From: an uncultured Collinsella sp.
GTDB lineage: Bacteria; Actinomycetota; Coriobacteriia; Coriobacteriales; Coriobacteriaceae
Assembly: GCA_900544115.1 (NCBI GenBank)
Contig: UQTW01000004.1
Span: 18,302-82,301 of the forward strand
DNA: 64,000 bases
Reading direction: 5' to 3'
This document shows positions 1 to 8,601 of this stretch, piece after piece. The position numbers and the translations under genes are program-made. How positions within the stretch are numbered: position 1 is the first letter of the stretch; every line of letters begins with the position of its first letter. The notes under the pieces were generated by a model, which ran no database searches, had not been told where the DNA came from, and saw nothing but the letters and a program-made list of their open reading frames with translations.

Positions 1-114
1 TTTGCAAGAAGGTGCCCCGTGGCGGTAGTGCCGTTCAAGGGTCAAAGTGTCCAATTTGAGCGCGCGAAAGCGTCAGGCCCCGGAGCGCTTTCGATATGCC
101 GGGCAGTCTGGCCG

Positions 115-1146
115 CTAGCGCAACATATGCGCGACCAGCTCGGCACGAGTTCCGATGCCAAGCTTTGCGTATACGCCGGATAGGCGGTTTTTGACGGTGC
201 CCAGCGATACTCCCATATGGCGTGCGATTTCGGCGTTGGTCCACCCACGACAGGCGAGCATGGCCATGGTGAATTCCGTGGTCGTTAGATCGTCGGCCAC
301 GTCCTCGCCCGAATCGGGGTTGTGGATGCGCCGCCAGCCGTAGCTGAATCGATACGTGATCTCGATGATGCGAGCGAAATCGTCAGGGTATTGCGATTTT
401 AGGCATGCCTCGATGAGTCCCTGCAAAAGGCCATGGTGTTCGCCGATGAGTTCGATAAGGCCGTCGGGGCGCGCAATGTCCCAAGCGGCGCCAAAATGCG
501 CTTTTGCGGCGTCGACGTCTTTGAGACTCATGCAGGCCATGGAAGCCGACAGGTGCAGGAACAGCTCCGAGATGGGATAACTTCCCTGTTTCATGATCAG
601 GGCGTTTTCCGCCATGCCCAGGCTGCGGCCGTATTCGCCGCGCAGATACAACGCGTGCGCCATCACGTAGCTGGCGAACAGGCGCAGGCCTTCGGGCAGA
701 TGCGCCGCAAGTGGATAAAACTCTTCGGCAGAATACGGGGAAGGCAAGTGCAACAGGACGCTCGCGGCGGAGGCGAACAGGATATGCGTGGCGTGGACGG
801 CAGACGATTCCTCGTCAGTTGGCGTATCGAGGATGCCCGCAAGGCAACGACGGGCATCGGTGATACGGTTGAGCGACAGACTGGCATATCCGCAGATAAG
901 GCATGCGGAATAGCGCAGCGCGGGGTCGGTGGCGTCAAGATAGGGGCGTGCTGTCTCGGCGGCGAGTGTGGCCTGTCCGCGAAAGTACAGCGCTTCCGCC
1001 GTGGCGATGGTGCGTGAATCGGGGTCGGAAATGCCTGCAACCGCAGCGTCAATCTGCCCCGGCACAAAGGCGGTGCACATCAACGGCATGGGAATGCGCG
1101 GGTAGCCATCGCAGTCCATCTTCCATCTCCCAACAGCTGGCAACAT
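115..1146 (-). CDS. LuxR-family transcriptional regulator with a C-terminal helix-turn-helix
   Basis: C-terminal ...TEFTMAMLACRGWTNAEIARHMGVSLGTVKNRLSGVYAKLG is a LuxR/GerE-type HTH. The long N-terminal ligand/TPR-like region is typical of Eggerthellaceae LuxR regulators. Confidence 0.7.
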   Translation of the reverse strand: MLPAVGRWKMDCDGYPRIPMPLMCTAFVPGQIDAAVAGISDPDSRTIATAEALYFRGQATLAAETARPYLDATDPALRYSACLICGYASLSLNRITDARRCLAGILDTPTDEESSAVHATHILFASAASVLLHLPSPYSAEEFYPLAAHLPEGLRLFASYVMAHALYLRGEYGRSLGMAENALIMKQGSYPISELFLHLSASMACMSLKDVDAAKAHFGAAWDIARPDGLIELIGEHHGLLQGLIEACLKSQYPDDFARIIEITYRFSYGWRRIHNPDSGEDVADDLTTTEFTMAMLACRGWTNAEIARHMGVSLGTVKNRLSGVYAKLGIGTRAELVAHMLR

Positions 1147-1416
1147 TAGCAGCCATTTTACCCCTGTTGATCGGGACTGGAATTTGTGGTTATCGCCTAC
1201 GATTATGCCGAACGTATAAAGGAAGAGTCTATTGGCGATGCTCCCAAGGTGGCTACCGAAGCCTAGCTGACCTCGACATTAGGAAAAATTGCCACCCCTG
1301 CAAAAAGCTCCGTCGCAGCGATGGGAAACGAACCTCGCTCTGCATATAATGAGGTCATATGACGGTGCGTTTGCATACGTGTAGCGCATTCCCATCGAAC
1401 CGAAAAGGAGCTTTGC

Positions 1417-2397
1417 ATGGATCCCAACAAGCGTCCCGACGACATGGTGCGTATCACCACTCCCGAACTCGCTCAGGCGTTCATCGAAGAGCAGGTTGCT
1501 GCAATCCGTGAGCAGATCGGCAACAAGAAGGTCCTGCTGGCCCTTTCCGGCGGCGTTGACAGTTCTGTCGTCGCGGCGCTGCTGATCAAGGCCATCGGCA
1601 AGCAGCTCATCTGCGTGCACGTGAACCACGGCCTTATGCGCAAGGGCGAGAGCGAGCAGGTCGTCGACGTGTTCAAGAACCAGATGGACGCCAACCTGGT
1701 TTACGTGGACGCTACCGACCGCTTCCTCGATAAGCTCGTCGACGTCGACGAGCCCGAGGCCAAGCGCAAGATCATCGGCGCCGAGTTTATCCGCGTGTTC
1801 GAGGAGGAGGCCCGCAAGGTCGGTGACGAGGTCAGTTTCCTCGCCCAGGGCACCATCTACCCCGACATCCTGGAGTCCCAGGATGGCGTGAAGGCTCACC
1901 ACAACGTTGGCGGCCTGCCCGAGGACCTGCAGTTTGAGCTCTGCGAGCCCGTTAAGCTGCTGTACAAGGACGAGGTGCGCGTCGTGGGCCGCGAGCTCGG
2001 CCTGCCCGAGAACATGGTTGAGCGTCAGCCGTTCCCCGGTCCTGGCCTGGGCGTCCGCTGCCTTGGCGCCATCACCCGCGACCGTCTCGAGGCGCTGCGC
2101 GAGGCCGATGCCATCGTGCGCGAAGAGATCGACAAGGCCGGCCTGACCATCTGGCAGTACTTTGCCGTAGTGCCCGATTTCCGCGCTACCGGTGTGCGCG
2201 AGGGCAAGCGCGCCTACGACTGGCCCTGCATTATTCGCTGCATCAACACCGTCGACGTCATGACCGCCGAGGTGCCCGAGCTCGATTGGGCGCTGCTCAA
2301 GCGCATTACCGCTCGCGTGACCGCCGAGGTCCCCGGTATTTGCCGCGTTTGCTACGACCTCACGCCGAAGCCCGTTGGCACGGTCGAGTGGGAGTAA
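1417..2397 (+). CDS. guaA: GMP synthase, ATP-pyrophosphatase subunit. Only the GuaA C-terminal half is present; there is no glutamine amidotransferase domain.
   Basis: PP-loop LSGGVDSS, ...HHNVGGLP..., [11 protein letters not shown] and the terminal ...KPVGTVEWE align along the whole length with the GuaA C-terminal domain. The ORF begins in the interdomain region. Confidence 0.85.
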   Translation: MDPNKRPDDMVRITTPELAQAFIEEQVAAIREQIGNKKVLLALSGGVDSSVVAALLIKAIGKQLICVHVNHGLMRKGESEQVVDVFKNQMDANLVYVDATDRFLDKLVDVDEPEAKRKIIGAEFIRVFEEEARKVGDEVSFLAQGTIYPDILESQDGVKAHHNVGGLPEDLQFELCEPVKLLYKDEVRVVGRELGLPENMVERQPFPGPGLGVRCLGAITRDRLEALREADAIVREEIDKAGLTIWQYFAVVPDFRATGVREGKRAYDWPCIIRCINTVDVMTAEVPELDWALLKRITARVTAEVPGICRVCYDLTPKPVGTVEWE

Positions 2398-2432
2398 GCT
2401 AACTCAGCTGGTAGGCGACGAGAACTAGCAGA

Positions 2433-2461
2433 TGTGACAAAGGGACAGTCCCTTTGTCACA
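2433..2461. repeat. 29-bp perfect palindrome TGTGACAAAGGGACAGTCCCTTTGTCACA, copy 1 of 8
   Basis: Exact inverted repeat read directly from the sequence. It lies 36 bp after the guaA-subunit stop. Confidence 0.9.
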
Positions 2462-2478
2462 TCCTCGATATTATGTGA

Positions 2479-2520
2479 GGGATGGTACGCCACGCGGCGT
2501 GCCATCCCGTTCGTTATTTT
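2479..2520. terminator. Bidirectional intrinsic terminator: a GC hairpin plus T-run that forms the second half of an ~85-bp composite element
   Basis: Stem gggatggtacgcc/ggcgtgccatccc followed by gttcgttatttt. The stop of the convergent histidine-kinase gene (2514-2516) lies inside the T-run. Confidence 0.6.
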
Positions 2521-3662
2521 AATGAGCCGAGTGCGCGAGTGGGAAGGGTCACGAGCATGGTCGTTCCGCGCTCCGAGCTCTCTTCGACCTCGATGGAGCC
2601 GCCGTGGAGTGCGGCAATCTCCCAGACCAGTGCAAGCCCCAGCCCCACGCCGCCATATGCCCTGCTGCGCGATTTGTCGACGCGAAAGAAGGGCTGGAAG
2701 ATGCTCGTCTGGTATTGCTCGGGAATGCCCGGCCCCTGGTCGCGCACGCGTAGCAGCACGCGGTCGCCTTCGGCGCAGGCGTTGATTTGCACGGTCGAGT
2801 TGGGCGCGCTGTAACGTATGGCGTTTTCGGCCAAGTTGAACAGCAGCCGATAGATTAGCGTATCGCTGCCGATCGTTTGCGCGTCGCCCTCACTTGTAAG
2901 CGTGATGTCTTTTTGCTCGGCAAGGGGCGCCAGGTCCGTGAGTACTTCTTCGATCATCGGCGCCAGGTCAATCGCATCGTTGCAAGGGACACTGCGCAGC
3001 TCGCTCATCTCGAGCAGGGTCTTTGTCATGTGCGTCATCCGCTCGGTCTGCTCCTGCAGCAGCCCGAGCAGGCTCGCTGTATCGGCGTCGACGTCGGGGT
3101 GCTCGGCGCAAAACAGCTCAACCTGGGCCTGCATGAGCGCAAGTGGCGTGCGCAGCTCGTGCGCCGCATTGCCCGTAAACTGTCTTTGTGCGGAAAATCC
3201 CTCGTCAAGGCGGGCAATCATGTCGTTAAACGACGCGCTGCAGCGCCTGAGTTCAGAGGGCACGTCCTCGCTGATTTTTGTGTCGGCGAGGTTGTCGGGC
3301 CGCACGCTCTCGACTTGCGTCGCAAAGGAGCGCAACGGCTGCAACGCATGCCCGCTCACAAAGTAGGCCAGGACGCCTCCGAGCAGCGTCACCGCCGCAG
3401 TTATATACCAGCTCGTCGCGCCAAACGATTCTTGGGCGTCGTTCACGACGATGGTCAGCGCGTCGTCGAGCTCTTTGTTTGTCGGGTCAAATGAGCTGGG
3501 CGAGGCCGCCTCCACCTTGCTGTGCGCCGACGCTTCTGCACCAATCGAGTCCATGTAGCGCATGCCGGAGTAGCCAACCAGGCAATTCATAAGTACGCAG
3601 GTTGAACATATCAGCAGTGCCGTCATCAACGTGATGCGCCACTGCAGCGACAGCCGCTTCAT
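2514..3662 (-). CDS. Two-component sensor histidine kinase
   Basis: N-terminal transmembrane segments, H-box ...AHELRTPL..., HATPase motifs (DQGPGIP, GGVGLGLA). Confidence 0.85.
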   Translation of the reverse strand: MKRLSLQWRITLMTALLICSTCVLMNCLVGYSGMRYMDSIGAEASAHSKVEAASPSSFDPTNKELDDALTIVVNDAQESFGATSWYITAAVTLLGGVLAYFVSGHALQPLRSFATQVESVRPDNLADTKISEDVPSELRRCSASFNDMIARLDEGFSAQRQFTGNAAHELRTPLALMQAQVELFCAEHPDVDADTASLLGLLQEQTERMTHMTKTLLEMSELRSVPCNDAIDLAPMIEEVLTDLAPLAEQKDITLTSEGDAQTIGSDTLIYRLLFNLAENAIRYSAPNSTVQINACAEGDRVLLRVRDQGPGIPEQYQTSIFQPFFRVDKSRSRAYGGVGLGLALVWEIAALHGGSIEVEESSERGTTMLVTLPTRALGSLK

Positions 3663-4333
3663 TTGCCGTCCTCCATAACGTAGCCTTCGCCGATTCGGTT
3701 GCGGATGGGGTCGTGCCCCAACGCACCGCGCAGCTTTTTGCGCAGCGACGAGATATGCACGCGGGTCGCGTTGCTAAAGCTGTTGACGCTGCTGTCCCAT
3801 ACATGCTCGATAAGCTCTTCCTGGCTCACCGGCCGCCCCTGGTTAAGCATCAGGTATTCCAAGATGCCGGTCTCCTTGCGCGTGAGGGATAGGGTCTCGC
3901 CGCCCACGGAGGCGAGGCGCGCCTTGGTGTCAAAGCTCAACAATCCACAGACTAGAACAACGTCGTTTTGCGTAAAGCGCCTGAGCGTGAGACTGCGTAT
4001 ACGTGCCGCCAGCTCGTCAAGATGGAACGGCTTGGTGAGGTAGTCGTTGGCGCCCGCATCGAGCCCCGCTACCTTGTCGGAGACCTCGCCACGTGCCGAG
4101 AGCACAAGCACCTTGGTCTCACAATCAGTTGTCCTGAGTTGCCTGAGCACGGTCATGCCGTCGACATGGGGGAGATTGAGGTCGAGCACGACAAGATCAA
4201 AGGTCTCGACATCGAGCAGATCGAGGGCCTGCTGCCCGTCGTAGCAGCAGTCGACGCTATAGGCCAAGTTGCGCAGGCTGCGTGCGATCGCATCGCACAG
4301 CGCCCGCTCGTCCTCGATGACCAAGATGCGCAT
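3659..4333 (-). CDS. OmpR-family response regulator
   Basis: MRILVIEDERALCDAI... receiver domain with the phospho-acceptor D, and a C-terminal winged-helix. It overlaps the kinase gene by 4 bp, indicating an operon. Confidence 0.85.
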   Translation of the reverse strand: MRILVIEDERALCDAIARSLRNLAYSVDCCYDGQQALDLLDVETFDLVVLDLNLPHVDGMTVLRQLRTTDCETKVLVLSARGEVSDKVAGLDAGANDYLTKPFHLDELAARIRSLTLRRFTQNDVVLVCGLLSFDTKARLASVGGETLSLTRKETGILEYLMLNQGRPVSQEELIEHVWDSSVNSFSNATRVHISSLRKKLRGALGHDPIRNRIGEGYVMEDGK

Positions 4334-4483
4334 AACGTTCTCCTTGCATAATCATTCACGCTTAACACGGATTTTATAGTCGGTATGGTCCAATGGGTCG
4401 CGAAACGAAAGGAGTGGTCAGATTGTTCAAAGCGATTAAGCCTGTGGCGCAGGTGGCTTTGCTGATCGTTGGGGTAGCCATGG

Positions 4484-5473
4484 TTGGCTTTGGAATTATG
4501 CGCGGCGAGGCAGATGCCGTGCTGGCCAAGGCAATCAGGCTGTGCTTGGAGTGTATCGGAATTGGATAAAAGAAAAAACACTGCATCGCATCTTTTAGCG
4601 CGATTTCGTGGATTGATTCAGGCGGCGGCGACGCTTGCGACCAATATTCACCTGCCTAACTTTGCCAAGGGCGGCATCTACCAGGGAGCGGGCAAAGCCG
4701 TCTGCGTGCCGGGCCTCAACTGCTACTCGTGTCCAGCGGCCTCGGGTGCGTGCCCCATCGGGTCGTTTCAGTCGGTGGTGGGCTCGTCTAAGTTTAGCTT
4801 CTCGTATTACGTCACCGGAACGCTCATTCTGATCGGCGTGCTGCTGGGACGTTTTGTATGCGGCTTTTTGTGCCCGTTTGGATGGCTACAAGAGCTTTTG
4901 CATAAGATTCCCAGCAAAAAGCTCTCCACGAAAAAGCTCAAGCCGCTCACGTACATCAAGTATGCCGTGCTGCTGTTTGCCGTGGTGCTGCTGCCCGTCT
5001 TGGTGGTTAACGATGTGGGTATGGGCGACCCGTTCTTTTGCAAGTACATCTGCCCGCAAGGTGTGCTCGAGGGCGCGATTCCGCTGTCCATCATGAACGT
5101 GGGAATCCGCTCCGCGCTGGGAAAGCTCTTTTCCTGGAAGCTCGCGATCCTCATTGTGGTTGCGGTGCTGAGCGTGCTGTTCTATCGCCCCTTCTGCAAA
5201 TGGATTTGCCCCCTCGGCGCATTTTATGCGCTCATGAACAAGGTGTCTTTGCTGGGGATCCAGGTTGACCAGTGCAAATGCGTCTCGTGCGGCAAGTGCG
5301 CCAAGGTGTGTCAAATGGACGTGGACGTTACGCGTACGCCCGACCATGCCGAGTGCATTCGTTGCGGCAAATGCGTGGGCGCGTGCCCCGTCGATGCTAT
5401 TAGCTTTCGCTATGGGCTGGGTGTGACGGGCGACAAACCCGCGCAGTCCACGCAAGCCTGCGAAAACAAATAG
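4484..5473 (+). CDS. NapH/MauN-like polyferredoxin membrane protein with 4Fe-4S clusters
   Basis: Repeated CxxCxxCxxxCP motifs (CKYICPQG, CKWICPLG, CVSCGKCAKVC, CIRCGKCVGACP) plus transmembrane segments. The track start is a TTG, so the true start is probably further downstream. Confidence 0.6.
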   Translation: MALELCAARQMPCWPRQSGCAWSVSELDKRKNTASHLLARFRGLIQAAATLATNIHLPNFAKGGIYQGAGKAVCVPGLNCYSCPAASGACPIGSFQSVVGSSKFSFSYYVTGTLILIGVLLGRFVCGFLCPFGWLQELLHKIPSKKLSTKKLKPLTYIKYAVLLFAVVLLPVLVVNDVGMGDPFFCKYICPQGVLEGAIPLSIMNVGIRSALGKLFSWKLAILIVVAVLSVLFYRPFCKWICPLGAFYALMNKVSLLGIQVDQCKCVSCGKCAKVCQMDVDVTRTPDHAECIRCGKCVGACPVDAISFRYGLGVTGDKPAQSTQACENK

Positions 5474-5508
5474 GTACCTATATATGTTTCGATATAAACG
5501 GAGGAACC

Positions 5509-6471
5509 ATGAAACTGTCAAAAATTGCAGCTCTGTTGATGCTGCCCGTGCTGGCGCTGACTCTCGCGGCGTGCTCTGCCCCCAAGGGCGACGCGAAGGG
5601 TGCTACGAGCGGCGATGCGCAGATTGCCGAGCTCATAGCGCAAAAGCCGTCGAGTGCCGAGGAGGCGGCCGAGCTGTACCAGCAGCTGCTGCAAAAGGAA
5701 AACGAGATCTTTGCGAGCGATAACGCCCTATGGGAAAAGGTGTTCCTTGCGGCCAACAAAGACACTCCCATGATTGAGGACGGCAAGAACTACGGTGACT
5801 TCTTGCTCGATACCATCGAGGGCGCCAAGGATCAGTTTGCGGCTGACGAGCTTAAGACGCTTAAGGCCGGCGCGCAGCAGGTCAAGGAGATCGAGGACAA
5901 GCTCATGGCGCTGGAGAAGGAGTTCCCCGGATGCGGCAGCACGCCCGGCGAGGGGGAGAGCGTCGATGCCTCGACCGCAGGCATGACTAACGGCGAGAGC
6001 GGGGAGACGAAGTTCCCCAGCTTTAAGGGCAAGGACTTGGACGGCAACGATGTAAACAGCGACGAGCTGTTCTCCAAGAACAAGGTCACCGTCATGAACT
6101 TCTGGTTTACCACCTGCAAGCCGTGCGTGGGAGAGCTGGGCGATCTGGAGAAGCTCAACAAGGAGCTTGCCGAGAAGGGCGGCCAGGTCGTGGGCGTTAA
6201 TTCCTTTACGCTCGATGGCAACAAAGACGAGGTGGCCGATGCCAAGGACGTGCTTTCCAAGAAGGGCGTGACGTATAAGAACATCTGGTTTAAGTCGGAC
6301 AGCGAGGCCGGAAAGTTCACCTCCAACCTGTACTCGTTCCCGACCACCTACGTGATCGACCAGAACGGTAACATTGTGGGAGAGCCGATCATGGGCGGCA
6401 TCAACTCCGCTGAGCAGCGCGAGGCGCTCAACAAACTGATCGATCAGGCACTCGCGAAGAGCGAACAGTAA
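5509..6471 (+). CDS. TlpA/ResA-like thioredoxin-fold lipoprotein (thiol:disulfide oxidoreductase)
   Basis: Lipoprotein signal MKLSKIAALLMLPVLALTLAAC, and a C-terminal redoxin fold with the active site WFTTCKPCVGE. Confidence 0.7.
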   Translation: MKLSKIAALLMLPVLALTLAACSAPKGDAKGATSGDAQIAELIAQKPSSAEEAAELYQQLLQKENEIFASDNALWEKVFLAANKDTPMIEDGKNYGDFLLDTIEGAKDQFAADELKTLKAGAQQVKEIEDKLMALEKEFPGCGSTPGEGESVDASTAGMTNGESGETKFPSFKGKDLDGNDVNSDELFSKNKVTVMNFWFTTCKPCVGELGDLEKLNKELAEKGGQVVGVNSFTLDGNKDEVADAKDVLSKKGVTYKNIWFKSDSEAGKFTSNLYSFPTTYVIDQNGNIVGEPIMGGINSAEQREALNKLIDQALAKSEQ

Positions 6472-6496
6472 GTCCGTGGGACAGACAACTGAAGGG

Positions 6497-6528
6497 GAGT
6501 CGCTGGAAACAGCGACTCTTTTTTCTGC
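6497..6528 (+). terminator. Intrinsic terminator after the TlpA-like gene
   Basis: Hairpin gagtcgctg-gaaa-cagcgactc followed by ttttttct. Confidence 0.6.
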
Positions 6529-6542
6529 TTCGGGGTAGCATC

Positions 6543-6695
6543 ATGGGTATACGTCGAAAGGGCACGCAGCTTTTCGTGCATTGCCCGAGCGGTGCGCGAA
6601 GCAACCAAGCTGTGAGTTTTCTTAAGCGTTCTGGGTATGGCAGTGTCAAGAATATCGGCGGCATAAGCGGCTACACGGGAAAGGTGGTGCGTTAG
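6543..6695 (+). pseudogene. Truncated single-domain rhodanese, 50 aa. It is absent from the ORF track because it is below the 60-aa cutoff.
   Basis: MGIRRKGTQLFVHCPSGARSNQAVSFLKRSGYGSVKNIGGISGYTGKVVR carries the rhodanese active-site loop CxxGxR, but the N-terminal half of the fold is missing. The stop is 3 nt before the CoADR start. Confidence 0.4.
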
Positions 6696-6697
6696 CT

Positions 6698-8389
6698 ATG
6701 AAGGTGGTTATCGTTGGAGGCGTCGCGGGCGGCGCATCGGCGGCGGCACGTTTGCGCAGACTCGACGAGCAGGCCCAAATTGTCATCTTTGAGCGCACGG
6801 GTTTTGTATCGTATGCCAATTGTGGGCTTCCGTACTACATTGGCGGCGTGATAGAAGAAGAGAGCGCATTGACGCTGCAGTCTCCCAAGGGCTTTTGGGA
6901 TCGCTTTCGCATTGCGGTCAAGACGAGTCACGAGGTGTTTGCCATCCATCCCGATTCGCATACGGTCGAGGTTCGCAATATGCTGACGGGCGAGGAATTT
7001 GTCGAGACGTATGACAAGCTCATCCTGTCGCCGGGTGCAAAGCCGATCCGCCCTGCGTTGCCGGGCATCGACTCGGATAAAATCTTTAGCCTACGCACCG
7101 TTGAGGACACGCTGCGTATTCACAGCTATGTTCGAGAGCGGCGACCGAGCAGTGCCGTCGTGATCGGCGGCGGCTTCATTGGCGTCGAGACGGCGGAGAA
7201 TCTGTGCGAGCTGGGGCTCCAGGTGACCCTTCTGCAGCGTCCCGTCCAGCTTATGAACAACCTGGATTACGACATGGCGACCCTTTTGCATACCGAGGTG
7301 CGTGAGCACGGTATCGATCTGCGCCTCAAGGCCGATGTGACAGGTTTTGAGGAAGTTGATGGCCGCGTTGTCACCCATGTTGCGGGCGATGACCCTATCG
7401 GAGCCGATATGGTGCTGCTTGCCATTGGCGTGGCACCTGAGAGCCATCTGGCGCAAGAGGCGGGGCTCGAACTGGGCGTCAAGGGGGCTATTGTGGTCAA
7501 CGACCGCATGGAGACCTCTGCTGCCGACGTGTATGCCGTGGGCGATGCCGTGCAGGTCACGCATCAGGTGACCGGCGAGGACGCGGTCATTTCGCTCGCC
7601 GGCCCCGCCAACAAGCAGGGGCGTGTCGTCGCCGATGTCATAGCCGGCATGGACAGCTGCTACCTCGGATCGTTGGGCTCATCGGTTATCAAGGTATTCG
7701 ACTTGACGGCGGCAAGCACGGGACTATCCGAAAAGGCGACACACGCGGCGGGAATTGACTGCGACAGCGTGGTCCTGTCGCCCGGTTCGCATGCGGGTTA
7801 TTATCCGGGTGCAACGCCCATGACCATGAAGGTTGTCTTCGAGAAGCAGGGATTGCGCCTGCTGGGTGCGCAAATCGTGGGCATCGATGGTGTGGACAAG
7901 CGTATCGACGTTCTGGCGACTGCCATCCAGGCAGGCATGCGCGGCGATAGGCTTAAGGATTTGGACCTAGCATACGCGCCGCCGTATTCATCGGCGAAGG
8001 ATCCCGTCAATATGGCGGGCTTTATGATCGAGAACCTCAATCGCGGCATACTGGCGCAGTGGCATTGGGAGGATGAGCCCAACTTGCCACGCGATGGCAG
8101 CGTGCAGCTGCTCGATGTTCGTACGGAAGGGGAGTATGAGCGCGGGCATATCGATGGTTTCGTAAACATTCCCGTCGATGATCTGCGCAATCGCCTGAGC
8201 GAGCTCGACCGGGCCAAGCCGGTCTACGTGATTTGCCAGAGCGGCATTCGCAGCTACATTGCTTGCCGCATTTTGGCGCAGCATGGCTTTGAGTGCTTTA
8301 ACTTCTCGGGCGGCTATCGCTTCTTTGCAGCCGTGACTGAGGCTCGCCGCGGCAGCGCTAACGTTATGCCGTGCGGGCTCGAAAAGTAG
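6698..8389 (+). CDS. cdr: CoA-disulfide reductase fused to a C-terminal rhodanese domain (CoADR-RHD)
   Basis: MKVVIVGGVAGGASAAARL Rossmann fold, redox-active Cys in SYANCGLPY, and a C-terminal rhodanese loop VYVICQSGIRS. Confidence 0.8.
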   Translation: MKVVIVGGVAGGASAAARLRRLDEQAQIVIFERTGFVSYANCGLPYYIGGVIEEESALTLQSPKGFWDRFRIAVKTSHEVFAIHPDSHTVEVRNMLTGEEFVETYDKLILSPGAKPIRPALPGIDSDKIFSLRTVEDTLRIHSYVRERRPSSAVVIGGGFIGVETAENLCELGLQVTLLQRPVQLMNNLDYDMATLLHTEVREHGIDLRLKADVTGFEEVDGRVVTHVAGDDPIGADMVLLAIGVAPESHLAQEAGLELGVKGAIVVNDRMETSAADVYAVGDAVQVTHQVTGEDAVISLAGPANKQGRVVADVIAGMDSCYLGSLGSSVIKVFDLTAASTGLSEKATHAAGIDCDSVVLSPGSHAGYYPGATPMTMKVVFEKQGLRLLGAQIVGIDGVDKRIDVLATAIQAGMRGDRLKDLDLAYAPPYSSAKDPVNMAGFMIENLNRGILAQWHWEDEPNLPRDGSVQLLDVRTEGEYERGHIDGFVNIPVDDLRNRLSELDRAKPVYVICQSGIRSYIACRILAQHGFECFNFSGGYRFFAAVTEARRGSANVMPCGLEK

Positions 8390-8402
8390 CGCGCATTGGA
8401 AT

Positions 8403-8431
8403 GTGACAAAGTGACAGCCTCTTTGTCGCAT
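8403..8431. repeat. Degenerate copy of the 29-bp palindrome (tgtgacaaagtgacagcctctttgtcgca), copy 2
   Basis: Read directly from the sequence. It lies 14 bp after the cdr stop and carries the same downstream extension as copy 1. Confidence 0.8.
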
Positions 8432-8447
8432 CGGGGATGTTATATGC

Positions 8448-8488
8448 GGGATGGTGCGCCATGCGGCGTGCTGTCCCGTTCGTTTTTT
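8448..8488 (+). terminator. Intrinsic terminator, second half of the composite element
   Basis: gggatggtgcgcc/ggcgtgctgtccc pairs as plus-strand RNA once G:U wobbles are allowed, which amounts to compensatory change relative to copy 1. It is followed by ttttttgg. Confidence 0.6.
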
Positions 8489-8601
8489 GGCGCGGTTCGT
8501 TACATTCCTCACTGGTATCGGCCAAAAATGAGGATAGAGTAGGACAAACGCGCCGAACGTGAACGGCGGGGGAGCGGGCGAGCGCGCCCGCGCGAGAGAG
8601 G

